Origin: Bacteroidia bacterium
GTDB taxonomy: Bacteria > Bacteroidota > Bacteroidia > J057 > JAIXKT01
Length of the DNA: 64,000 bases
NCBI GenBank assembly: GCA_026932145.1
Contig: JAIXKT010000001.1
Span: 45,786 to 109,785, forward strand
Reading direction: 5' to 3'
Part shown: positions 16,481 through 25,990 of the stretch, piece by piece
How positions within the stretch are numbered: the first letter of the stretch is position 1
How the letters are laid out: each line of letters opens with the position of its first letter
Notes under the pieces: generated by a model
What the model was told of the DNA's origin: nothing
Database searches by the model: none
The model's input: the letters and a program-made list of their open reading frames with translations, nothing else
Program-made: the position numbers and the translations under genes

Positions 16481-17084
16481 TTTTCCCTAATAACCGATGA
16501 TTTTGTTCAAAATATTTAACCCCTTTTGGGGTGCAAATTCCTCTTAAATACAATTCTATGAGTTGTAGATATACTTGACTTAGTGAGTATTTTTCTATTG
16601 GGAAAGTATCTTGATTTATTACTCCCAATGCTAAATTTAAGTATAGCCCGGTAACTATCTCTATGTGAATATCTTGCCGATAGTATCCTTGATCTATTCC
16701 GTTTTGTAGGTTTTGGAATGTATTTTCCCGTATAAAGTGGTCACGGTAGCCCTTTAGCTCGTCCCAAGCGGCTATATGATATTTTAATAAATCATAAATT
16801 AAATTTGGGTTAAATCCGGCTACTTGTTTTAAAATATGATTGTATAATAGCAGTAGTTGGTCAATGGGGTTTGGGTTTGTATTAACTATCTCTAAACCGA
16901 TGCAGCGCTCGTTATCAAAATAGGTTCGGGTAGCTTCCAATACCAGCGAATTTTTATCCGAAAAATACTGATATAAAGTTTTTTTGGAAATACCTAATTG
17001 TTCGGATAAATCATCCATAGAAACACTACGGATGCCAAACTTCATGAACATGAGCAAACTGCTGTGAAGGATTTTCTCTCTCAT
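16464..17084 (-). CDS. TetR/AcrR-family transcriptional regulator
   Basis: N-terminal HTH FGIRSVSMDDLSEQLGISKKTLYQYFSDK. I prefer the ATG at 17084 (MREKIL...) over the track's 14-codon extension. Confidence 0.8.
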   Translation of the reverse strand: MREKILHSSLLMFMKFGIRSVSMDDLSEQLGISKKTLYQYFSDKNSLVLEATRTYFDNERCIGLEIVNTNPNPIDQLLLLYNHILKQVAGFNPNLIYDLLKYHIAAWDELKGYRDHFIRENTFQNLQNGIDQGYYRQDIHIEIVTGLYLNLALGVINQDTFPIEKYSLSQVYLQLIELYLRGICTPKGVKYFEQNHRLLGKNETTN

Positions 17085-17307
17085 AATTAGAGTTAAAAAA
17101 ACTTTGGAAACGCAAAATAAGTTCAAAGTTTCCTTTAAAAAAAATCAGATGACTTAAAAAGGTTATTGCTGGTTTGTAAAATATTGATTAAAAGCTATTT
17201 TAGTTTTTAATTCTTTTTTAACGGACAAGTTTTCAACAATTGGCAAAGTTGCCCACAAAAAAAGCTATACTCAGCGTAATTGTGGATATTTGTACCTGCG
17301 TTTAATT

Positions 17308-18075
17308 ATGGAGACCCTCAAGCAGTACACCATTCAGTTACCTCAATTTGAAGGCCCCTTTGACTTATTGCTGTTTTTTATAGAGCGCGATGAATTAGAT
17401 ATTTATGATATTCCGATTAGCAAAATCACCCATGATTTTTTGGGTTATCTAAAACAGTTAGAAGAATCTAACTCCATAGAAGAGGCTTCAGAATTTATGG
17501 TAATGGCAGCAACCTTGATGAAAATTAAAGTTCAAACACTTTTACCAAGACCTAAGTTAAATGAAGAAGGGGAGACCATAGATCCGCGTTCTGATTTGGT
17601 TCATAGCTTGTTAGAGTATCAAAAAATAAAAAAACTGTCTGAGGAGTTAGAGCACTTAGCTACAATTCGGGCTACTTTACATGAGCGCGGGTTTACCCAA
17701 AATGAACTGAAATTATTAACGCAAGATAAATCTATTCAGGAAGAATGGTGCGGCTTAACACTTTTTACCTTAGCTGAATCATTCAAAAAATCATGGCAAC
17801 GGTTTGCACTTCGTGAAAATGCCCCCGCAAAACATATCGTCCAACCATATCCTTACCAATTAGAAACCGTTAAAACTGCCGTGATTAAACAAGTTTTTAT
17901 TCGTTCAAAAGCTCATTTTGAAGATATTATACTGGAATACCCCAATAAATTGTATGCAATATTTTGTTTTTTGGCAATCTTAGAACTTGTTCAGGAAGGA
18001 AAAATCGGATTATTATTAAGCGACGAACCCAATAAATTTTGGTTGATTGCCATAGAAACTATTGCTGCGGCATGA
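17308..18075 (+). CDS. scpA: Segregation and condensation protein A
   Basis: FEGPFDLLLFFIERDELDIYDIPISKIT is the canonical ScpA N-terminus. The ATG at 17308 is preferred over the TTG at 17290. Confidence 0.85.
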   Translation: METLKQYTIQLPQFEGPFDLLLFFIERDELDIYDIPISKITHDFLGYLKQLEESNSIEEASEFMVMAATLMKIKVQTLLPRPKLNEEGETIDPRSDLVHSLLEYQKIKKLSEELEHLATIRATLHERGFTQNELKLLTQDKSIQEEWCGLTLFTLAESFKKSWQRFALRENAPAKHIVQPYPYQLETVKTAVIKQVFIRSKAHFEDIILEYPNKLYAIFCFLAILELVQEGKIGLLLSDEPNKFWLIAIETIAAA

Positions 18076-18087
18076 TAGAACTCTATC

Positions 18088-18747
18088 TTAATGATAGATT
18101 TCTACCGGAATATACAAGGCTTTGGTAGTATCATTATTGAATGCGATAAAATATATTCCGGCTGGTAAATCGCCGATTTCAAGGTAACTTTTTCCCTGAA
18201 CCAATGGAATATAGCGAATGAATTGCCCAAAATAATTGTAAATAGCTACGGAATAGTTAGTTACGTCATTCTCTACCTGAAAAAACAGTTTATCGGAAGT
18301 TGGGTTTGGAAATACCGAAACAGTGTTATCCCAAGATAGATTTTGAGGTCTTTGGGTAGATTGTTGAACGGCAAAGATTATGGTATCGGATGCCCAACGA
18401 TCTAAGGTTAAGGAATCAAGTAAATCATAAATCAAGGTATATTGCCCAGAAGGAAGTTTTCCCAAAGAAAAAGTATCTTCTGATGTACAAATTACCGTCA
18501 AAGGCCCCAATAGATGAAATGCTTGCAGCCTAAACTCATTCATATTTAACTGGATAGTTTTAGCCGCTAAATTGCACCCTGAACTTGGAAATACTGACTG
18601 GACGATTAAATGTATGCTATCATTATCAGTAGGTTGTTCCGGTATCAATTTGGCGGTATTAATAACTCCCCACTGGGCATACAAAATGCTTGATTTTAAG
18701 CTGATTAGGAGTATTATCCATAATATTAAAGACTTTGGAGTGGGCAT
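18088..18747 (-). CDS. Secreted protein with a T9SS C-terminal sorting domain
   Basis: Signal peptide present. The C-terminus VFPNPTSDKLFFQV...LPAGIYFIAF...IYH is a type-A Por secretion tail. Confidence 0.7.
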   Translation of the reverse strand: MPTPKSLILWIILLISLKSSILYAQWGVINTAKLIPEQPTDNDSIHLIVQSVFPSSGCNLAAKTIQLNMNEFRLQAFHLLGPLTVICTSEDTFSLGKLPSGQYTLIYDLLDSLTLDRWASDTIIFAVQQSTQRPQNLSWDNTVSVFPNPTSDKLFFQVENDVTNYSVAIYNYFGQFIRYIPLVQGKSYLEIGDLPAGIYFIAFNNDTTKALYIPVEIYH

Positions 18748-18812
18748 ATTGAAAAAATATACAGATAACGGGTCAAAGATAATAATATTTTTTATTTTTG
18801 CGCAATCATTTT

Positions 18813-18886
18813 GGCGGGAGTAGCTCAGTTGGCAGAGCGTCAGCTTCCCAAGCTGAAGGTCGCGAGTTCGAGGCTCGTTTCCCGCT
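18813..18886 (+). tRNA. tRNA-Gly (anticodon CCC), no encoded CCA
   Basis: Hand-folded cloverleaf. The acceptor GCGGGAG pairs with TTCCCGC, the D arm is GCTC/GAGC, the anticodon loop is TTCCCAA, the T arm is GCGAG-TTCGAGG-CTCGT, and the discriminator is T. It is 74 nt because of one extra C in the 5' strand of the anticodon stem. Confidence 0.8.
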
Positions 18887-19044
18887 CTTCATAGAAATTG
18901 TTATTAAATTACGACAGGTACTTTAAAATAATTGGGATAGTAATATTTTCGTACCTTTTGCCGTCCGTTACGTACTTTTTTAAGTAAAACCAACTACATT
19001 GAATAAAAATTTTGCTAATTTTAGCGCAATTTTTATCTTTTTAG

Positions 19045-22000
19045 ATGTATAGACGGACGTTATTCGTGATTACTTTGCTTCTATGCCAAAGGATTGCTTA
19101 TAGTCAATGTGTTCCAATAAATTTGGTTTTACCGGATACTATTTGCACAAATACGGATGTTGTTTTTCAGCGGGTTACAGCGTCGAGTTATCATTGGGAT
19201 TTTTGCCCCGGTGATTTATCCGGTGTTCCGGTGTTGAATGCGGATATAGGTTCGAATGTTTCCCGTGGACTTGGCCTCGATATGGTTGTTGAGGGTGGCC
19301 AATATTACATTTTCACAACGGGTTATGATGGCACGTTAAAACGTTCCAATTTTGGTAATTCTCCAGAAAACACACCTACGGTTACGAACCTGACATTGAG
19401 TAAGACGCCTATTACTCCTTTTCAATATCAGCAGTTTAAAGTAAACAATAATTGGTATGGTTTGGCGACTTGTGCGGGTTCTTCACCTGCGGTTTATTCT
19501 TTTCCGAGCCTTACTTCGAATAGTGTTTCCGTTAGTTTTTTGGATACGATTCCGGCTGGTTGTACTGGATTAGCTACGTTAGTTGACCACGACACTGTAT
19601 TTGCTATTTTTTCACTCAATAACTATATGAGAGTGTATCGTTTGGATAATACGTTGAGTAATCCGGTACTTATTCAGACGTTTTATGGGGTATCGTCTAT
19701 TTCCCAGTTAGAGTTAGTTCGGGATTGTAATGGTATTGTGTTGTTTGGTGTGGGTAGTGGTGGCCTTACTCAGGTTGTTTTTGGTAACTCTTTATACAAT
19801 ACACCTGTTGTTACGGTTCATAATTTACCTGGGCTTAATAATCCTAATGGTTTAGCGCCTGTAGTAGATATGGGTCAGAAATATGTTTTTGTGTTGAATA
19901 CTGGCGGGCAAAATATAATGCAAGTATCTTTTCCGAGTGGTTTTGGCGGGTTACCGGGGGCTACTACTCAGTTAGCTCCGGCATTGCCGTCCGGGTTAAT
20001 GGCTCTTAATGCACTGCATGATAAAAGTCGTTGGTATTTATTTACGTATCCAGAGCAGCCGAATCCTACCGTCAAATTAAGCCGGTTGGTTTTTCCGGAA
20101 AATAACTGTAATACCTCTATATCATCACTTAACACCGCTATTCCTATTGGGCTGAACTATTCCGCTGCCGGGACTTATATTGTTGAGTTAAGTGCTTTTT
20201 ATTCCAATGGCAGTATGGTTTCTACAATAGACACTATCAATATAACGGCAACACCAGGCCATTTTGCGGATTTTACGGTATATAACACTTGCTTAGACTC
20301 TCAGGCTTCTTTTGTGTATTCACCGATTCGGGATATATGCGGTGGGATTTTGAATTATCAATGGGATTTTGGGGACGGCTTTCAATCAAATTTATCAAAT
20401 CCGGTACACTCATATTCGAGTATCGGATTTTATAATGTGAAGTTGGTTATTAATACAATCAGTGGGTATAGTGATAGTATAACGAAGCAAATTAAAGTAG
20501 GTCGTAAACCCGGTTCTAATTTTACGGCTCCATCAAGTTGTAGTTTTTTGCCTATTCAGTTTACGGACGGTTCTGTTTTTGGGGATACGGTAGCGCGCTG
20601 GTTATGGGATTTTGGGGACGGCCAGACCTCTACGAGCCAAAACCCTGTCCATACATACACACAGGCAGGTAGCTATCCTGTTTCATTAACACTTTATGGC
20701 AAAACAAGTTGTGATAGCACAATAACTAAAAACGTTGTTATTACGGGAGTAGATCCAAATTTTGTTTCAAATAATATTTGTTTAGGACAGACAACTCAAT
20801 TTACAGATAGCAGCAAGAATAATGGCCAGAGTATAGCAAAGTGGTTATGGGATTTTGGTACTGGTATTTCAGCCGATACATCTAATCTTCAAAACCCAAC
20901 GTTTCAATACAGCGCACCCGGCAACTATTCTGTTACATTACGCATTAGCACTACTACCGGCTGCAATAGTATGATAGTAAAAAATACTTTTGTTGCGCCA
21001 TTACCTGATGTTTCGCTTGTAGTTGATGGTGATTTGTGTTTGCCAAATGCAGTGCTCAAGGTAAAGAAAAATACCCCCATTTCTATTAGTACTTATTCTT
21101 GGAACTTTAATGGAGTGCAAATATTTGGTAATAACCCTACTTTAGCCGTAAATAATTTAAGTGCCGGAATATATCCATACTTTGTTACTATAACAAGCAC
21201 AGATGGCTGTCCAGTTATACTACATGATACACTAAGAGTAGGTGTTAGCACTGAATTGGTAGTTATGGATACCATTTGCGGTAATGCTCCCCTCACCTTA
21301 AATGTGCCTTTTGGGGGAAATACAACTATTTGGGATTTCTGTTCCGGAGATATCGCAAATATGCCAATACTCACCCAAGGTATTGCAACAAGCCCTAAAA
21401 ATGGCGGAGGTATCGTTTTGGTTGAACAGAATGGAAATTGGTTTGGATATTCTGTTTCTACCACCACAAGCTCAATTATTCGCTTTGATTTTGGAACAAA
21501 CTTAGGTAATAATTCTCCCATAACTACCGAAATCACAGTTACTGGAACTGCTATTACTAACCCATACACATTGCAAGCTGTTTCGGGAGACAGCGGCAAA
21601 ATTTATCTATTTATAGCCTCCAGAACTCCCGGTAAAGGTATTTTACGTGTTCGTCTTAATTCCGCAACGGATACTATTCCCGTTTGTGAAGCAATTTCAG
21701 GAACAACTGTCTATAGTGGCTTTTCAGGAGTTTCTGTAACTAAAGAAAAAGGAAGTTGGTTTTTATTAACTTATTACTATGGGTCAAACGAGTTGAACAT
21801 TTTTTCTTTGGGTAGTTCATTAGAATCTTCTGCTACATTTATTCAAAAATATACCACTAACTTTTCTACTGCTTCTGGCGGAATTACAACGGTTCAAGAA
21901 TGTGGAGCTACATACGTATTTGTATGCGGAGTAAATTCAAGCTCAGGATTACATCGGTTTACATTTAATTCGGGGCTGGCGGGTAGTGCCACTTTTACAT

Positions 22001-24504
22001 CAATAACGTTACCTGCCGGAGTGCTTTTAAATCCTGTTATGCCGGTTCCTGTTTATGACAAAGGAAATCGCTATTTATTGATTCAAAACATGGGGGGAAG
22101 TGTATCAAGAGTCAATTTTGGCTCAAAATGGTCTAATAGCACAATTACGGATGCTGATAAAATAAATCTTACTCTAAATGGAATGTACTTTGTCGCTTTT
22201 ACGGGTGCGTTTAGCCAAAGTAAATATTACTTTTTTGGTACAGCATATTCAGACAACAGCGGCCTAAACCGATTGGTTTTTCCCGATAGCTGTTCCGCCA
22301 CTATTCCGTCTTCTTCAGATTATTTGCCCTCACCGGTTTATTATACCCAAACAGGCAAAAACTATATTCAACTGCTACAACGAGATGCAAATGGAATAAC
22401 TAAGGTTTATTTAGATAGTGTGTATGTTAATTCTTCTAATGCTGATTTCTCTTTTACCTTAGGTTGTTTAGGAGTACCGGTACAGTTCACAGATTTATCT
22501 AACTTAGGTGGAACACGTTCATGGGACTTTGGAGACGGAAACACATCTACTGCCTTAAACCCAACAAATATTTACACACTTCCGGGAAACTATACAGTTC
22601 GCTTGTTAGCAGCAAATACACAAGGGTGTTCACAAGTTCAGGTAAAGAATATAACGGTTCATGAAACTCCAGATGCGAAGTTTAACTTTATTTCCAGATG
22701 CGCAACCTTACCGGTTCAGTTTTTTGATAGTTCCACAATTTCAAATGGAAATATCGTTTTCAGAAAATGGGACTTTGGAGATGGAACGGTAGATTACAGC
22801 CCAAACCCAACCCACGCATACACAACCGGAGGAGTAAAATCCGTAGCCTTAATAGTCGTTTCCGACAAAGGTTGTTCAGATACCCTGATACAAACATTAA
22901 CTTTACCGGTATTCGACTTTAGCTACCAAAATACCTGTGTTGGGCAGACGACTAACTTTACCGCAAATACAAATTATAATTCTGATGCCATAATAGGTTA
23001 TAGCTGGAACTTTGGTGATTTAGCAAGCGGAAGTGCTAATACTTCTACCCAGAAAGACCCAACACATCAATTTTCAGGCTTAGGGCAATATATGGTGCGT
23101 TTTGTGGTGCAAACAGCTTCCGGCTGCTCTGATACTTTGTATAAAATGATAGAAATAACAGCACCTCCTACGGTTAATTTTCAAACTATGGGTGCTTGTG
23201 TAGGGAAAACAGTTACATTTATAGACGCAACGACACTTTTAGGCGGCGTTATTACATCATGGAGTTGGGATTTTGGAGACCCCGCCAGTGGCAGCCTAAA
23301 CACCTCAACGTTACAAAATCCAAACCACCTATACTTTGCCCAAGGAACATACAACATAACGCTCAGTGTTACTGTGTCCGGTGGTTGCAACGTTGTTTAT
23401 TCTAAACAGATTACCATAAGTGACAGCCCCAAGGCAAACTTCTCAACAGCAGGCCAATCTTGCCAATATACATACATCCCTTTCACAGACCAATCAAGTG
23501 CTGGAAATTCACCTATCGTTTCTTGGTATTGGGAATTTGGTAACGGCGTTTTTTCTACCCTCGCAAACCCCTTAATGTCCTATGCTGATACCGGAAACTA
23601 TACCGTGATGCTTATTGTTTTCAACCAAAATGGATGCTCTGATACAACCCAACAGATTATTCGGATTACCAATAAGCCAAATGCCGACTTTACCGTTTCT
23701 ACAACTACCGGAGATTCCCCCTTAGTAGTATTATTTACACCCCTTCAATTTGTAAATACGATTCAATTTAGCTGGAATTTTGGGGACGGCATAACCAGCC
23801 TTGATTCATTCCCCACACACACGTATTCGCAACGAGGAACCTATCGAGCTATGCTAATTGTTTCAAATGGAATTTGCCAAGATACTATTTCTAAAACCAT
23901 AACAGTAACCCAACCAATCCCTGAAATCCCGGATTTAGCAGTACTTGATTTAGGGGCTCAATTATCCGGAAATAAACTTCGAATTGCAGCCCAAATTCAA
24001 AATAAAGGAAATACTCCTGTTCATAAATTTAATTGGGTTATTCAAGTTCAAAACCAACTAAGTGTGATAGACCCATTTCAAGGAGATACTATTTTCCCAG
24101 GACAAATAGTATCTTATTCACCAGCAAATACTTATATTGTAAACTCACACGACTTATCTATATTTTACTGCGTTGAACTTATTAATCCCAATGATACCTT
24201 AGATGCTTATCCTTTGGATAATTCACGTTGCCAAACGTTTAATACCCCGGTGGCTGTACGCCCATTGTATCCCAATCCGGTACATGATCAACTTCATATT
24301 GATGTAATTACAAGCGATCCGCTAAATATCACATTAAGAGTAGTTGATGAAGTAGGGAAAATCATCTCAGCCGGAATCCAAAAAAACTGTATCAAAGGAT
24401 TAAACGCCATAATACTTCCATGTAGTGAAATAGCTACTGGAAACTATTTCCTTGAAGTACAATATAATAACACAAAAGTTTTTCTTAGATTTATAAAAGA
24501 ATAA
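19045..24504 (+). CDS. Giant (1819 aa) secreted adhesin-like protein: two copies of a ~350-aa module, ~10 PKD domains, a CARDB-like domain and a T9SS C-terminal domain
   Basis: Signal peptide present. The PKD signature WDFGDG..S....NP.H.Y...G.Y.V.L recurs. A duplicated module begins at WDFCPGD (nt 19195) and WDFCSGD (nt 21331). The C-terminus LYPNPVHDQLHIDV...GNYFLEV is a T9SS tail. Confidence 0.85.
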   Translation: MYRRTLFVITLLLCQRIAYSQCVPINLVLPDTICTNTDVVFQRVTASSYHWDFCPGDLSGVPVLNADIGSNVSRGLGLDMVVEGGQYYIFTTGYDGTLKRSNFGNSPENTPTVTNLTLSKTPITPFQYQQFKVNNNWYGLATCAGSSPAVYSFPSLTSNSVSVSFLDTIPAGCTGLATLVDHDTVFAIFSLNNYMRVYRLDNTLSNPVLIQTFYGVSSISQLELVRDCNGIVLFGVGSGGLTQVVFGNSLYNTPVVTVHNLPGLNNPNGLAPVVDMGQKYVFVLNTGGQNIMQVSFPSGFGGLPGATTQLAPALPSGLMALNALHDKSRWYLFTYPEQPNPTVKLSRLVFPENNCNTSISSLNTAIPIGLNYSAAGTYIVELSAFYSNGSMVSTIDTINITATPGHFADFTVYNTCLDSQASFVYSPIRDICGGILNYQWDFGDGFQSNLSNPVHSYSSIGFYNVKLVINTISGYSDSITKQIKVGRKPGSNFTAPSSCSFLPIQFTDGSVFGDTVARWLWDFGDGQTSTSQNPVHTYTQAGSYPVSLTLYGKTSCDSTITKNVVITGVDPNFVSNNICLGQTTQFTDSSKNNGQSIAKWLWDFGTGISADTSNLQNPTFQYSAPGNYSVTLRISTTTGCNSMIVKNTFVAPLPDVSLVVDGDLCLPNAVLKVKKNTPISISTYSWNFNGVQIFGNNPTLAVNNLSAGIYPYFVTITSTDGCPVILHDTLRVGVSTELVVMDTICGNAPLTLNVPFGGNTTIWDFCSGDIANMPILTQGIATSPKNGGGIVLVEQNGNWFGYSVSTTTSSIIRFDFGTNLGNNSPITTEITVTGTAITNPYTLQAVSGDSGKIYLFIASRTPGKGILRVRLNSATDTIPVCEAISGTTVYSGFSGVSVTKEKGSWFLLTYYYGSNELNIFSLGSSLESSATFIQKYTTNFSTASGGITTVQECGATYVFVCGVNSSSGLHRFTFNSGLAGSATFTSITLPAGVLLNPVMPVPVYDKGNRYLLIQNMGGSVSRVNFGSKWSNSTITDADKINLTLNGMYFVAFTGAFSQSKYYFFGTAYSDNSGLNRLVFPDSCSATIPSSSDYLPSPVYYTQTGKNYIQLLQRDANGITKVYLDSVYVNSSNADFSFTLGCLGVPVQFTDLSNLGGTRSWDFGDGNTSTALNPTNIYTLPGNYTVRLLAANTQGCSQVQVKNITVHETPDAKFNFISRCATLPVQFFDSSTISNGNIVFRKWDFGDGTVDYSPNPTHAYTTGGVKSVALIVVSDKGCSDTLIQTLTLPVFDFSYQNTCVGQTTNFTANTNYNSDAIIGYSWNFGDLASGSANTSTQKDPTHQFSGLGQYMVRFVVQTASGCSDTLYKMIEITAPPTVNFQTMGACVGKTVTFIDATTLLGGVITSWSWDFGDPASGSLNTSTLQNPNHLYFAQGTYNITLSVTVSGGCNVVYSKQITISDSPKANFSTAGQSCQYTYIPFTDQSSAGNSPIVSWYWEFGNGVFSTLANPLMSYADTGNYTVMLIVFNQNGCSDTTQQIIRITNKPNADFTVSTTTGDSPLVVLFTPLQFVNTIQFSWNFGDGITSLDSFPTHTYSQRGTYRAMLIVSNGICQDTISKTITVTQPIPEIPDLAVLDLGAQLSGNKLRIAAQIQNKGNTPVHKFNWVIQVQNQLSVIDPFQGDTIFPGQIVSYSPANTYIVNSHDLSIFYCVELINPNDTLDAYPLDNSRCQTFNTPVAVRPLYPNPVHDQLHIDVITSDPLNITLRVVDEVGKIISAGIQKNCIKGLNAIILPCSEIATGNYFLEVQYNNTKVFLRFIKE

Positions 24505-24508
24505 TATT

Positions 24509-25978
24509 ATGACAGAACAAATAATTGATATTCCGGTTGTAAAACACTGGATCGGGGGTTGTTGGGTAGAAAATACAGGCAATACCATGCCCGTTGATTC
24601 TCCCATAGATGGTTCGTATTTGGGAGAAATGCCCGTAGGAGGGAGCTTAGAAGTTGAAAAGGCCGTTTTAGCTGCCGCTAAGGCTTTCCCCTCATGGTCT
24701 CAAACACCTATTAAAGAGCGAGTTCAGGTGCTGTATCGTTACCGAACTTTGTTAGAAAAATACCGCTTAGAATTAGGGCATTTAGTTCAAAAAGAGAACG
24801 GAAAAACCTTAGATGAATCGCTTGCAGAAGTGGATAAAGCTATTGAACTCACGGAGTTTGCTTGTTCGATGCCACAATTAGCTTACGGAGAGCTTTTAGA
24901 GGTGAGTGCCGGCGTAGAGTGTAGGGTAGAGCGATTCCCATTAGGAGTAGTAGCTTCCATAGTTCCATTTAATTTCCCTTTAATGGTTCCTAATTGGACT
25001 ATTCCCAATGCAATAGCACTGGGAAATTGCATGATACTAAAGCCTTCAGAGCAAGTTCCATTAACGTCAATACGTATCGCAGAGTTATTGCAAGAAGCAG
25101 GATTACCGGAGGGTGTTTTCAACTTAGTGCAAGGCGGCCAAGCTGTTGTAGAAGCAATCTGTGACCATCCGGGAATTAAAGCAATTAGCTTTGTAGGCTC
25201 TACCAAAGTTGCCAAAATTGTCTATAAACGAGCTACCGCTAACCTAAAAAATTGCTTAGCATTAGGCGGAGCCAAAAACCATTTGATAGTTTTACCGGAT
25301 GCAGATATTCAGATGACGGCTTCTAATGTGATTGCCTCTATGAGTGGCTGCGCAGGGCAACGCTGTATGGCGGCAGCTACCGTCTTAGCAGTAGCAAACA
25401 TCGAGAATATCATTGCTGAAATGTGTAATGAAGCTAAAAAAATTATACCCGGAAAAAATCTGGGCGCCGTAATCTCAAAAACAGCAAAAGAAAGAATCGA
25501 AGGCTACATAACCGAAGCAGAACAACAAGGAGCTAAAATCCTTGTTGATGGTAGAAATCATGTTGTACAAGGCAAAGAAAACGGATATTATGTGGGGCCA
25601 ACGGTTATTGACTACGTAACGCCGGATATGAAAATCGCGCAAGAGGAAATATTCGGCCCCGTTATCTGCATTATTAGAACGCCGGATATGGACACTGCAA
25701 TCGCAATTCAGCATAACTCTCTGTATGGTAATGCGTCTTCAATATTCACCCGAAGTGGCGGAGCGGCAAAGTATTTTCAGCAAAATGCCAATGCCGGTAT
25801 GATTGGCGTTAATATCGGTGTGCCGGTACCACGAGAACCATTTTCGTTTGGTGGCTGGAACGAATCAAAATTTGGAACCGGTGATATTACTGGAAAAAGT
25901 TCTATCGAATTTTGGACTAAACTGAAAAAAACTACTACTAAGTGGGAGGCATCTGCCAAAACCAACTGGATGAGCTAA
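24509..25978 (+). CDS. mmsA: CoA-acylating methylmalonate-semialdehyde dehydrogenase (ALDH family)
   Basis: PFNFPLMVPNWTIPNAIALGNCMILKPSE, GGAKNH and the catalytic Cys in CAGQRCMA are typical of MmsA. Confidence 0.85.
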   Translation: MTEQIIDIPVVKHWIGGCWVENTGNTMPVDSPIDGSYLGEMPVGGSLEVEKAVLAAAKAFPSWSQTPIKERVQVLYRYRTLLEKYRLELGHLVQKENGKTLDESLAEVDKAIELTEFACSMPQLAYGELLEVSAGVECRVERFPLGVVASIVPFNFPLMVPNWTIPNAIALGNCMILKPSEQVPLTSIRIAELLQEAGLPEGVFNLVQGGQAVVEAICDHPGIKAISFVGSTKVAKIVYKRATANLKNCLALGGAKNHLIVLPDADIQMTASNVIASMSGCAGQRCMAAATVLAVANIENIIAEMCNEAKKIIPGKNLGAVISKTAKERIEGYITEAEQQGAKILVDGRNHVVQGKENGYYVGPTVIDYVTPDMKIAQEEIFGPVICIIRTPDMDTAIAIQHNSLYGNASSIFTRSGGAAKYFQQNANAGMIGVNIGVPVPREPFSFGGWNESKFGTGDITGKSSIEFWTKLKKTTTKWEASAKTNWMS

Positions 25979-25990
25979 TACTCCCAATAA

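Noticed and set aside
19045-24504. Periodic WDFGDG-encoding repeats, considered as a DNA-level tandem repeat or CRISPR-like array.
   Set aside because: The repeats are protein-level PKD domains of ~80 aa inside one continuous ORF. The nucleotide sequences are diverged, and there is no repeat-spacer structure.
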